40,752 nucleotides of DNA from assembly GCA_964361325.1 (NCBI GenBank), contig CAYHZT010000001.1:1-40752 (forward strand), given 5' to 3'. Each line of letters opens with the position of its first letter. The first letter of the stretch is position 1. The translations under genes were made by a program, and so were the position numbers. The notes beneath the pieces are model-generated. The model saw only the letters and a program-made list of their open reading frames with translations, searched no databases and was not told the DNA's origin. Positions 16,665 to 24,574 of this stretch are shown here, one piece after another. Source of the DNA: an uncultured Candidatus Saccharibacteria bacterium (GTDB taxonomy: Bacteria > Patescibacteriota > Minisyncoccia > UBA6257 > WO2-44-18).

Positions 16665-17048
16665 ATGAGAATTTTTGGCGTCAACATACCGGATAACAAG
16701 CGCATTGATATTGCGCTTTCTTACCTTTATGGCGTAGGGCGGCCGTTGGCGGATCGGATTTTACAAAGTACTAAAGTAGACGCGAATAAACGCGCCAAAA
16801 CTTTGACTCCGGAAGAAGTCAACCGAATTCAGGGTTTTATAGAAAAAAATTTCAAAGTGGAGGGAGAATTGCGCCAAATTATTAAGCAAAACATTAATAT
16901 GCTTAAAGATTTGCAATCATATCGCGGCAGCCGGCATGCGCACCATTTACCGGTTCGTGGACAAAGGACAAAAACTAATTCACGCACCGTTCGCGGTAAT
17001 ACCCGCAAGACTGCCGGTAGCGGAAAACGTAAAGTTGAGCTGAAATAA
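16665..17048 (+). CDS. rpsM: 30S ribosomal protein S13
   Basis: MRIFGVNIP..KRI.IALSYLYGVG ... YRG.RH...LPVRGQRTKTN.RT. Confidence 0.9.
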   Translation: MRIFGVNIPDNKRIDIALSYLYGVGRPLADRILQSTKVDANKRAKTLTPEEVNRIQGFIEKNFKVEGELRQIIKQNINMLKDLQSYRGSRHAHHLPVRGQRTKTNSRTVRGNTRKTAGSGKRKVELK

Positions 17049-17067
17049 CACGCAATAATAAACAATC

Positions 17068-17523
17068 ATGGGAAAGAAAAAAGTCTCAAAACAAACTAAC
17101 GAAGAGGCGATTAAAGAAGGCCAAAAGGTGGAAACGGCTGTTGCTAAAACCGCCGAAAAACCTACTGCCTCAAAAAAATATGAACAGGGCAAAGTTTTTA
17201 TAAAAGCTTCTTATAACAATACATTGATTTCCGTGGCCGATGAAAAAGGCAACCTTCTGGTCTGGAGTTCCGCGGGATCGCTCGGTTTCGCCGGCCCCAA
17301 AAAAGCTACGCCGTTTGCCGCTTCCAAGGTAATCGCGGCAATTGCCGAAAAGCTTAAGAAATCAGGCCCGGTTAACGTTCATATTTTCGTTAGCGGCGTC
17401 GGAGGCGGTCGCGATTCGGCCATCCGCTCATTGGCTAATCACGGGTTTAATATTTTGTCTATCCGCGATGTTACGCCGATTCCCCATAACGGTCCTAGAC
17501 CGGCAAAAGTTCGAAGGATATAA
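17068..17523 (+). CDS. rpsK: 30S ribosomal protein S11 (with a Lys/Ala-rich N-terminal extension)
   Basis: The core is VFIKASYNNTLISVADEKGNLLVWSSAGSLGF.G.KK.TPFAA ... RDVTPIPHNG.RP.K.RR. Confidence 0.9.
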   Translation: MGKKKVSKQTNEEAIKEGQKVETAVAKTAEKPTASKKYEQGKVFIKASYNNTLISVADEKGNLLVWSSAGSLGFAGPKKATPFAASKVIAAIAEKLKKSGPVNVHIFVSGVGGGRDSAIRSLANHGFNILSIRDVTPIPHNGPRPAKVRRI

Positions 17524-17533
17524 ATAAAAAACA

Positions 17534-18145
17534 ATGTTTAATACAAAAGAAAAACAAGAAAGATCTCTCGGAACAAAACTTTTTTTAAAAGCCGAGCGAT
17601 GTAATTCTCCCAAGTGCGTTACCGTTCGTCGTCCACAACGCCCGGGTCTTCACGGCAAAGCTTACAAAATGCTTTCCGAGTTCGGCCAGCAATTAAAAGA
17701 AAAACAAAAAATACGCTTTACGTATGGCATTCGCGAAGCTCAAATGGAGCTGGTATTTAAAAAAGCTTCTAAAAATCCCGGCGTGACCGGCGAGATGATA
17801 ATAAGCATTTTAGAGAGGCGACTGGATAACGCGGTATATCGTTTGGGAATCGCTCCTTCGCGTTCGGTGGGCCGTCAGCTGGTAGGTCATGGCCACATTT
17901 TGGTTAATGGCCGTAAGGTGACAATCCCGTCATATCAAGTAAGGGTGGGAGACACGATTACTATCAGGCCGCAATCCAATGATCACCTGCTTCTCAAAGA
18001 CTTGGGAGAGCGCCTAAAGAAATACGAACCTCCGGTTTGGCTGGTATTGGACTTGGTAAAACTGGAAGGCAAGGTTTTATCGGCGCCGAAGGATTTTGAA
18101 ATCCCGTTTGACGTCAATATGGTCGTCGATTACTATAGTAAATAA
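17534..18145 (+). CDS. rpsD: 30S ribosomal protein S4
   Basis: EYG.QL.EKQK.R..YG, RLDN.VYR.G.A.SR..ARQLV.HGH..VNG..V.IPSY.V. An S4 domain is present. Confidence 0.9.
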   Translation: MFNTKEKQERSLGTKLFLKAERCNSPKCVTVRRPQRPGLHGKAYKMLSEFGQQLKEKQKIRFTYGIREAQMELVFKKASKNPGVTGEMIISILERRLDNAVYRLGIAPSRSVGRQLVGHGHILVNGRKVTIPSYQVRVGDTITIRPQSNDHLLLKDLGERLKKYEPPVWLVLDLVKLEGKVLSAPKDFEIPFDVNMVVDYYSK

Positions 18146-18167
18146 AATATAAAATACAAATAAAATT

Positions 18168-18950
18168 ATGGAATACCAATATTTAAGCGAGACAGTCGGA
18201 ATAAAAAAGGTTTCGGAAACCGATAAAGAGGGTGTTTTTGAAATTGAGGGTTTGTACAGCGGTTATGGTTTAACGGTTGGCAACGCCTTAAGGCGGGTTT
18301 TGCTTTCTTCATTACCCGGTGCGGCCATTACCCAATTTAAAATTAAGGGAGTCAGTCACGAATTTTCTACGCTGGAAGGCGTCAACGAGGACATAGTAGA
18401 ATTAGGGCTTAATTTGAAAAAAGTCCGATTTCGGATACATACCGATGAGCCGCAAGTTTTAGTTCTGAGAATTAAGGGCGAAAAAGAGGTAACCGCCGCT
18501 GACATCAAAACCAACTCTCAAGTTGATTTAATAACTCCCGACGCTCATATTGCCACCTTAACCGGCAAAAGCGCCGAATTGGATATGGAAATTACCGTGG
18601 AAAAAGGGTTGGGGTATCTGCCGGTAGACGCTCGCAAGGGCGACAAATTGCCGATTGGAACAATCGCCCTCGATGCTTTATTTTCGCCGGTCAGCAAGGT
18701 TAATTTTGTCGTAGAAAATATGCGGGTTGGCGAACGCGCTGATTACAACCGCGTGCGGTTGATGATGGAAACCGATGGAAGCATCACCCCCTCCGCCGCC
18801 TTAAGAAAGGCCAGTAATATTTTGCAAGACCACTTTGTTAAAATTTCCGGCGTTGAGGTGAAAGAAACCGAAAAATCCGAAGCGTCCGAAACCGAAAAAC
18901 CCAAGAAAGTAAAAGCGGCTAAAAAAACAACCAAAAAGAGCAATGCGTAA
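18168..18950 (+). CDS. rpoA: RNA polymerase alpha subunit, N-terminal domain only (no alpha-CTD)
   Basis: 260 aa. NTD blocks GYGLTVGNALRRVLLSSLPGAAI and ALDALFSPV.KVNF.VEN.RVG...DY..L.L...TDGSI.P. The NTD is followed only by a ~30-aa Lys/Glu-rich tail. Confidence 0.85.
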   Translation: MEYQYLSETVGIKKVSETDKEGVFEIEGLYSGYGLTVGNALRRVLLSSLPGAAITQFKIKGVSHEFSTLEGVNEDIVELGLNLKKVRFRIHTDEPQVLVLRIKGEKEVTAADIKTNSQVDLITPDAHIATLTGKSAELDMEITVEKGLGYLPVDARKGDKLPIGTIALDALFSPVSKVNFVVENMRVGERADYNRVRLMMETDGSITPSAALRKASNILQDHFVKISGVEVKETEKSEASETEKPKKVKAAKKTTKKSNA

Positions 18951-19278
18951 ATTTCATCGTACAGCCGGACTTCGACGATCGTTTGTGAAGGGCTTGGCAA
19001 ACAACTTAATAATGAAAGAAAAAATGGAGACCACTATAATGAGGGCTAAAGAAATCCGCCCGGTAGTGGAGCATTTGGTTACTCTTGCGAAAAAACAGCA
19101 ATTGGCGGCTTTCAGAATTTTATTGTCCCGGCTTCCAAAGCAAGCGGCCCAGAAGCTGTATTACGATATCGCGCCTCGTTATAAAACTCGAGCAGGCGGC
19201 TATCTCCGCATTATTAAAGAATCTAAAAGCCGAAAACGCGACGCAACTCAGTTAGCTATTATTGAATTTGTTAAATAA
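18943..19278 (+). CDS. rplQ: 50S ribosomal protein L17
   Basis: 111 aa, KAKEIRPVVE.L.T.AK ... GGY.RI.K...R.GD. Overlaps the rpoA end by 8 nt. Confidence 0.85.
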   Translation: MRKFHRTAGLRRSFVKGLANNLIMKEKMETTIMRAKEIRPVVEHLVTLAKKQQLAAFRILLSRLPKQAAQKLYYDIAPRYKTRAGGYLRIIKESKSRKRDATQLAIIEFVK

Positions 19279-19281
19279 ACC

Positions 19282-19632
19282 ATGACTAACACTCAGCACG
19301 TAATTGATGCTACGAATCAACGGCTTGGCAGATTGGCTTCGCAAATCGCTCAGATTTTACAGGGTAAGCTTCACCCCGATTACGAACCGCGCAATCCCGG
19401 TACTGATAAAGTGGTGGTTAAAAACGCATCGCGAATCGTGGTAACCGGAAAGAAATCCACTCAAAAAATCTATTATCGCCACACCGGTTACATGGGCCAT
19501 CTTAAGGAGCGGATTTATAAAGAATATTTCGCTAAAGCGCCGGACGAAATTTTACGTTTAGCGGTCAAACGAATGTTGCCCCAAAACTTTTTGAAACAAA
19601 AGCGAATGAACCGTCTTGTAATAGAAAAATAA
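19282..19632 (+). CDS. rplM: 50S ribosomal protein L13 (short, 116 aa)
   Basis: VIDATNQRLGRLASQIAQILQGK ... YYRHTGY.G.LKE ... AVKRMLP. Confidence 0.85.
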   Translation: MTNTQHVIDATNQRLGRLASQIAQILQGKLHPDYEPRNPGTDKVVVKNASRIVVTGKKSTQKIYYRHTGYMGHLKERIYKEYFAKAPDEILRLAVKRMLPQNFLKQKRMNRLVIEK

Positions 19633-19634
19633 TC

Positions 19635-20063
19635 ATGGCCACACCAAAAGCTGCAATTCATCAAAAAAAACCCGCATCCCGATATACTCAAGCCCGGGGC
19701 GGCAGGAAAACCGCTAACGCCTATGCGTGGGTTTCGGAAACAAAAAATGTTTTTACAGTTAACGACAGGGATTATAAAGAGTATTTCAAATCTGAACGAA
19801 ATCGGGCGGCGGCCATTGCGTCTATTAAGACTTTAAATCTTCAAGATAAGATGGGCGCCTCGGTTAAAGTTTCCGGCGGCGGCATTAATGCCCAGGCTGA
19901 AGCGGTCCGAAACGCCACCGCCCGCGCTTTGGTTAAGTTTGATGAAAGTTATCGGCCCGTTTTAAAACAGGCCGGTTTCCTTACTCGCGATGCTCGTATG
20001 GTTGAGCGTAAGAAGTACGGGCTCAAGAAAGCTCGTCGCGCTCCTCAATGGGCAAAGCGATAA
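19635..20063 (+). CDS. rpsI: 30S ribosomal protein S9
   Basis: GGGINAQAEAVRNATARAL ... GFLTRDARMVERKKYGLKKARRAPQ..KR. Confidence 0.85.
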   Translation: MATPKAAIHQKKPASRYTQARGGRKTANAYAWVSETKNVFTVNDRDYKEYFKSERNRAAAIASIKTLNLQDKMGASVKVSGGGINAQAEAVRNATARALVKFDESYRPVLKQAGFLTRDARMVERKKYGLKKARRAPQWAKR

Positions 20064-20422
20064 TTTACGGATTTTTCCTGGTGCAGGGCTTGAATGTGCT
20101 TGCCATGTTTTTTGGCCTGTACGCCATTTTTCCCTGGTACGATACAGTGCTCCATACTATGGGCGGCGCGTGGGCGGCGCTGTTGTGCGGTTGGCTTTAT
20201 AAAAACGAAAAAAATCCGATTTTAATTATAGGTTTCGTGGCATTAATCGGGTTATTGTGGGAATTTTCCGAATACCTTTTTCTGAACGATGTTATGGCTT
20301 GGATATTCGGTAATAAGAATCTGCCGATGACTATATCTGATACTTTAACGGATTTATTTGCTGATTTAATCGGCGGATCGTTATTCGTGTTTTTTAATCG
20401 CCTTAAATTTCGAAATAAGTAA
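20048..20422 (+). CDS. Small polytopic membrane protein, unknown family
   Basis: 124 aa with 3-4 hydrophobic helices. Its start overlaps the rpsI end by 16 nt. Confidence 0.45.
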   Translation: MGKAIIYGFFLVQGLNVLAMFFGLYAIFPWYDTVLHTMGGAWAALLCGWLYKNEKNPILIIGFVALIGLLWEFSEYLFLNDVMAWIFGNKNLPMTISDTLTDLFADLIGGSLFVFFNRLKFRNK

Positions 20423-20696
20423 TCCCAGCGTTATTTAGAAGATACAAACGGTCGTCATCGTAGACGTATTTTTGTATGTTCTTGCCAAGTAATTGCGCGT
20501 TCAGGGGTTCGCGGTCATCTAATTCTAGAAAGAAAACTCCATCCGGGTTTTTTTAAAAAATTCCACCGACTTTCACTATTCGAAAATGCGACCAATCCAG
20601 TCGCCAACCATAAGCAAACAAAATTACGGATGGTCCGAGAATAAAAAACAAAATAACAAAAAATCGCAAGAGTTGATTTCTAGTTCTCGAATTCAT
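20403..20696 (-). pseudogene. Membrane-anchored PEGA-like protein remnant interrupted by an in-frame TAA
   Basis: The minus strand reads MNSRTRNQLLRFFVILFFILGPSVILFAYGWRLDWSHFRIVKVGGIF-TAA-KNPDGVFFLELDDREPLNAQLLGKNIQKYVYDDDRLYLLNNAGITYFEI. The stop lies inside a T7A6 homopolymer junction (20547-20560). Confidence 0.4.
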
Positions 20697-20704
20697 ACAC
20701 TTAC

Positions 20705-20710
20705 TATAAT
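20705..20710 (+). promoter_or_regulatory. -10 element (TATAAT) 8 nt upstream of the murA ATG
   Basis: TACTATAAT...ATG. I found no SD between the -10 element and the start codon. Confidence 0.4.
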
Positions 20711-20718
20711 AAAAGACA

Positions 20719-22026
20719 ATGAAGTTTATAATCAACGGCGGTCAGGCGTTGGAAGGCGAAATTAAGCTCGCTGGCGCTAAAAACGCGGCCACTAAAATGA
20801 TGGTGGCATCCATTTTAACTTCGGAGCCGTGTTTCTTGAGTAACTCTCCCGATATCGGAGATAGTAAAATTACCGAGGAGCTTTGCCAATCAATAGGTAG
20901 TAAGATTTCCAGAACCGGCGATGTATTAAAAATCCAAACTTCCACAATAAAAAATCCCAGAGTAGTTTCACTTAGCCGTAAAAATAGAATTCCAATTCTG
21001 GCGCTCGGTCCGCTTTTGGCAAGGGTCGGAGAAGCAGAAGTGCCGATTTTAGGAGGAGATAAAATCGGTCCGCGCCCGGTAGACATTCACGTCAGCGCCC
21101 TGACCGCTATGGGCGCCACGATAAAATCTTTGAACGATCGTTATGTCGCTTCGGCAAAAAACGGTTTAAAAGGCGCCAAAATTACTTTTCGTTATCCGAG
21201 CGTTGGAGCAACGGAAAATACTATTCTGGCGGCAGTTTTGGCAAAAGGCAGAACCACGATTCAAAACGCGGCTACGGAGCCGGAAATACTGGATTTGATA
21301 ATAATGTTGCAGAAAATGGGCGCGATTATTGAGTTGGGCACCAACCGAATGATCTATATAGATGGCGTTAAAGAATTACGGGGAGTAGAACACTCGGTTT
21401 TGCCCGATCGCAATGAAGCGGTTTCTTTCGCGTGTCTGGCCGTTGCAACGGGCGGGAAAGTTTTAGTAAAAGGCGCTCGCCAGGCGGACTTAATAACTTT
21501 TTTAAACACATTGCGGCGGATCGGCGGAGAATATCGAGTTACAAACAACGGCATAGAATTTTGGCGCGTAAGTTCACAGCCGCTTAAACCCATAAATTTG
21601 GAAACCGATACGCATCCGGGCTTTATGACCGACTGGCAGCAGCCAATGGCGGTGTTGCTGACTCAAGCCGAAGGAGTTTCCAGTATTCACGAAACTATTT
21701 ACGAAGATCGGTTCGGCTACACCCATGACTTGAATTTAATGGGCGCTGATATTACAGTACAGACGAAGTGTCTAGGAGAAATTACCTGCCGTTTCAAAGA
21801 TAAAAATTTTAATCACGGGGCAATCATTCGTGGTGCGATAAAATTACAGCCGGCTCGTCTGGTAGTGAGGGATTTGCGTTCGGGTATTGCTCATCTTATT
21901 GCCGCCTTGACTGCCGACGGAGAATCCACCATCGAAGGAGTAGAAGAGATTGATCGCGGATACGAAAAGATCGACACAAGACTGCGCCGGTTGGGCGCGG
22001 ATATTCGAAGAGTTAAAAGTATTTAA
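20719..22026 (+). CDS. murA: UDP-N-acetylglucosamine 1-carboxyvinyltransferase (Asp in place of the catalytic-loop Cys)
   Basis: 435 aa, EPSP/MurA fold (KLAGAKNAATK ... LGGDKIGPRPVDIH ... FRYPSVGATEN ... DRGYE.ID..L..LGA). Confidence 0.9.
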   Translation: MKFIINGGQALEGEIKLAGAKNAATKMMVASILTSEPCFLSNSPDIGDSKITEELCQSIGSKISRTGDVLKIQTSTIKNPRVVSLSRKNRIPILALGPLLARVGEAEVPILGGDKIGPRPVDIHVSALTAMGATIKSLNDRYVASAKNGLKGAKITFRYPSVGATENTILAAVLAKGRTTIQNAATEPEILDLIIMLQKMGAIIELGTNRMIYIDGVKELRGVEHSVLPDRNEAVSFACLAVATGGKVLVKGARQADLITFLNTLRRIGGEYRVTNNGIEFWRVSSQPLKPINLETDTHPGFMTDWQQPMAVLLTQAEGVSSIHETIYEDRFGYTHDLNLMGADITVQTKCLGEITCRFKDKNFNHGAIIRGAIKLQPARLVVRDLRSGIAHLIAALTADGESTIEGVEEIDRGYEKIDTRLRRLGADIRRVKSI

Positions 22027-22030
22027 AATA

Positions 22031-23038
22031 ATGCTCACTAGAAAAATTGGTATTGATCTCGGAACCGCAAACACAATCGTATTTGTGCCGGGCCGCGGTT
22101 TTATCATAAATGAGCCGACTATCGTTGCTTTAAGTGTTCCCGATAACACTGTTTTAGCGGTTGGACGGGAAGCTAAAGAAATGATAGGTCGCACTCCTGA
22201 CAGTATAGTTGCTTACAGGCCGCTTAAAGAGGGGGTCATCGCCGATTATTACATAACAAAGGCGATGCTCAGGTATTTTATACACAAGGCGACGGGCTCT
22301 TTCAATATTTTTAAGCCGGAAGTAGTGCTTTCGGTGCCGGCCGGTATTTCTCCAAACGAAAAACGCGCGGTCGTAAACGCCGCCCGGGAAGCGGGCGCTA
22401 AGGAAGCCTATATCGTCAAAGAGCCGATCCTGGCCGCTTTGGGCGCCGGTATTCCTATCAATTCCTTTTCCGGAAATATGATTATCAACATCGGCGGTGG
22501 CACCTCCGAAGTGGCCGTAGTCGCTCTGGGAGCGATTGTTTCCTGGTCCAGTTTGCGGGTGGCCGGTAACAAGTTTGATCAAGCCATTATGGAGTACATC
22601 AAAAGGAAATACTCTCTGATTATCGGAGAGCAAAGCGCCGAAGCGGTAAAAATAGAAATTGGTTCGGCGTTGCCAACCAAGGAGAAAAAAGAATATCAAT
22701 TGCGTGGCAGGGATCAGGTTTCCGGCCTGCCTAGAGATTTAGTGATTAATTCCAATGAAATTGCCGAAGCTTTAAATCCTCATCTTTTGGATATTGCCAC
22801 TTCCGTGCAGGGGGTTTTTAACAATACGCCGCCGGAGCTGGTGGCGGATATTATGGAAAAGGGCCTGATTTTGTCCGGCGGCGGAGCGCACATCAATTAC
22901 CTGGACGAATTTTTTAAAAGAATGACGGGCGTGCAGTCTTACGTCGCCGAGGAGCCGCTGTTTTGCGTTGCTAAGGGAACCGGCCTGATTTTGAATCACT
23001 TGGAAGTTTATAAGAGAACTTTGCTTAACAAAAGGTAA
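22031..23038 (+). CDS. mreB: Rod-shape-determining actin homologue MreB (paralogue 1)
   Basis: The likely start is the ATG at 22031 (MLTRKIGIDLGTANTIVFV). Also NEPTIVA, EAKEMIGRTP, RPLKEGVIADY, INIGGGTSEVAV, LSGGGA. Confidence 0.9.
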   Translation: MLTRKIGIDLGTANTIVFVPGRGFIINEPTIVALSVPDNTVLAVGREAKEMIGRTPDSIVAYRPLKEGVIADYYITKAMLRYFIHKATGSFNIFKPEVVLSVPAGISPNEKRAVVNAAREAGAKEAYIVKEPILAALGAGIPINSFSGNMIINIGGGTSEVAVVALGAIVSWSSLRVAGNKFDQAIMEYIKRKYSLIIGEQSAEAVKIEIGSALPTKEKKEYQLRGRDQVSGLPRDLVINSNEIAEALNPHLLDIATSVQGVFNNTPPELVADIMEKGLILSGGGAHINYLDEFFKRMTGVQSYVAEEPLFCVAKGTGLILNHLEVYKRTLLNKR

Positions 23039-23043
23039 AAAGT

Positions 23044-23072
23044 GTTGATAAAATTTGTTTGGTTTACTATAA
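23044..23072 (+). promoter_or_regulatory. Promoter candidate (TTGATA-17 nt-TATAAC) heading a non-coding unit
   Basis: TTGATA at 23044-23049, a 17-nt spacer, TATAAC at 23067-23072. Confidence 0.5.
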
Positions 23073-23076
23073 CAAG

Positions 23077-23262
23077 TAGACGATAGCGTTCAAACAAGGA
23101 TCGTCTTTGTTTGCGCTACATGGGCACATCTGGAGGTTTGTATAAAGAAACTGATGAACCGGCGTCCTCCCAGTGAGCCGATTCCGCCGTTCACGCCTTG
23201 TCCGTCCCCGGCGCCACCGAAGCGCTTTTAGCAGACAAAGAGGCACGTTTCCGTGCCTCTTT
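23077..23262 (+). ncRNA. Candidate structured RNA (~190 nt, unknown family) or cis-regulatory leader
   Basis: It has its own promoter. Helices: AGACGAT/ATCGTCT (23077-23083/23099-23105) and CTGGAGG/CCTCCCAG (23129-23135/23165-23172). The GC-rich core has no ORF longer than 18 codons. It ends in a terminator. Confidence 0.35.
23236..23262 (+). terminator. Intrinsic terminator
   Basis: AAAGAGGCACG / CGTGCCTCTTT stem (11 bp) with loop TTTC and a T-run. Confidence 0.7.
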
Positions 23263-23275
23263 TAAATTTTGCCCG

Positions 23276-23284
23276 TGTTATAAT
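23276..23284 (+). promoter_or_regulatory. Extended -10 element (TGtTATAAT) 8 nt upstream of the M16 peptidase ATG
   Basis: TGTTATAAT at 23276-23284, ATG at 23293, no SD. Confidence 0.4.
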
Positions 23285-23292
23285 TCCCTAAT

Positions 23293-24564
23293 ATGTCAGA
23301 ATACCAAGCAACAAAATTAAAGAACGGACTTTCGGTCATCACCGCATCAAGAAAAGACGCCCCTGACGTTGCCGTTCAGTTTTGGTCAAAGTCCGGTTCT
23401 AGATTCGAAAGTAATGGCGAATGGGGATACGCGCATGTTCTTGAGCATCTGATGCTCAAAGGCACTAAAAAATACCCGGATATTTTTTCGTTGAATTTAC
23501 AATTTGATAACCTAGGATCATATAAAAATGCCCTTACAGGCAGCGAGGGGCTGCGTTTTGTGGCGCAAGCTGCGGTGAAACATAGGAATATTCTGATTGA
23601 ATTGATAGCCGAGATTATTCGTAACGCTTTATTAAAACCCGACGTGCTTGAAAAAGAAAAGCCAGTTATTGTGGAAGAAATGCATAGGACTTTTTCTAAT
23701 CCCGAAACAGCCTCTTATATTTTTAATCTGGAAAAAGTTTTCGAAGGACACCCCCTTTCGAAGTACGCGCTTGGATCAGAAGAAAGTATTAAAAAAGCCA
23801 CCAGTGAAACTCTGCGCCGTTTCAAAGAAAAATACTTAATACCGGAGCGTTCAGCGCTTATTGTTTGTGGTGATATTAAGTATAAGGAAATAGTTAGCAT
23901 CGCCGAAAAATGTTTTGGCGATTGGCAGGCAGCCGAGGTCATAAATGATAAAGGAAGTGTGGCTTCTCTAAAATCTAGTTATTACTATAAAAAAACAAAT
24001 ACGCCGCACAGTCATATTTTTCTTAATTATTACAATCCCGGTTTTAACGATGAGAAGGTTTGGCCAGCACTAGAGATTATCGCAAATTTTTTAGGTTATG
24101 GTTTCACCTCTGTTCTTATGCGGGAGTTGCGAGTTAAACACAGCCTTGTGTATGGCGCCAATGCTGTAAATGTTTGGTATACGGATAATGGTAATTTTAG
24201 AATTAGCACCGCGTCGAGTAAGCCAAAGAAAACCGTTGAAGTCCTGTTGGGGATAATGGACGCGTTGCATACTAATTTTACTAAAAAAGATTTTGACACT
24301 GCGAAAGGCAGAATAGAGGGCCTGCGGGCAGTGGAAGAGTCCAGTGTCGTACAAGAAGCTGAATTTTTAGGTGATGGTTTCATAACCACCGGCAATCTTT
24401 TTAGTCCGGATAATTACTTAAAGGCAATAAAGGCGTTAAAATACGAAGACGCAATGGCAGTTATTATAAAGTATCTGACTAAAGAAAATGGCCTATTGTG
24501 CGTTTTCGGTCCGGAAGATATTAGGGAGGAAAAATCCTTGAGACCGAAAACTAAAAAATTATAA
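23293..24564 (+). CDS. M16-family (pitrilysin-like) zinc peptidase
   Basis: Inverted zincin motif HVLEHLMLKGT (HxxEH) near the N-terminus. 423 aa with a two-domain M16 layout. Confidence 0.8.
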   Translation: MSEYQATKLKNGLSVITASRKDAPDVAVQFWSKSGSRFESNGEWGYAHVLEHLMLKGTKKYPDIFSLNLQFDNLGSYKNALTGSEGLRFVAQAAVKHRNILIELIAEIIRNALLKPDVLEKEKPVIVEEMHRTFSNPETASYIFNLEKVFEGHPLSKYALGSEESIKKATSETLRRFKEKYLIPERSALIVCGDIKYKEIVSIAEKCFGDWQAAEVINDKGSVASLKSSYYYKKTNTPHSHIFLNYYNPGFNDEKVWPALEIIANFLGYGFTSVLMRELRVKHSLVYGANAVNVWYTDNGNFRISTASSKPKKTVEVLLGIMDALHTNFTKKDFDTAKGRIEGLRAVEESSVVQEAEFLGDGFITTGNLFSPDNYLKAIKALKYEDAMAVIIKYLTKENGLLCVFGPEDIREEKSLRPKTKKL

Positions 24565-24574
24565 AATTTTAGTA

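Noticed and set aside
20553-20555. Stop-codon reassignment, either TAA read-through or TGA recoding as in some CPR lineages.
   Set aside because: TGA cleanly terminates conserved genes at their expected ends (infA 16551-16553, mreD 32201-32203, mrdA 34235-34237, cupredoxin 4511-4513). TAA and TAG terminate many others. A single in-frame TAA is better explained as a mutation or error.
21950-22030. Upstream extensions of the track ORFs for mreB (21950), the galT-like gene (34210), pheT (37710) and the orphan secreted protein (27091).
   Set aside because: Internal ATGs at 22031, 34234, 37719 and 27118 coincide with conserved N-termini or a signal peptide, and with the stop codons of the preceding genes.
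23150-23156. CTGATGA box suggesting a hammerhead ribozyme core.
   Set aside because: I found no correctly placed GAAA box or stem II/III partners (ACCGGCG has no CGCCGGT followed by GAAA). The core cannot be completed.
23044-23262. SRP (4.5S) or 6S RNA identity for the orphan RNA unit.
   Set aside because: AUGAACC resembles the sequence preceding SRP domain IV. However, the conserved UCAGGUCCGGAAGGAAGCAGC core with its GGAA tetraloop is absent on either strand, and the ends do not form the long closing helix expected for 6S RNA.
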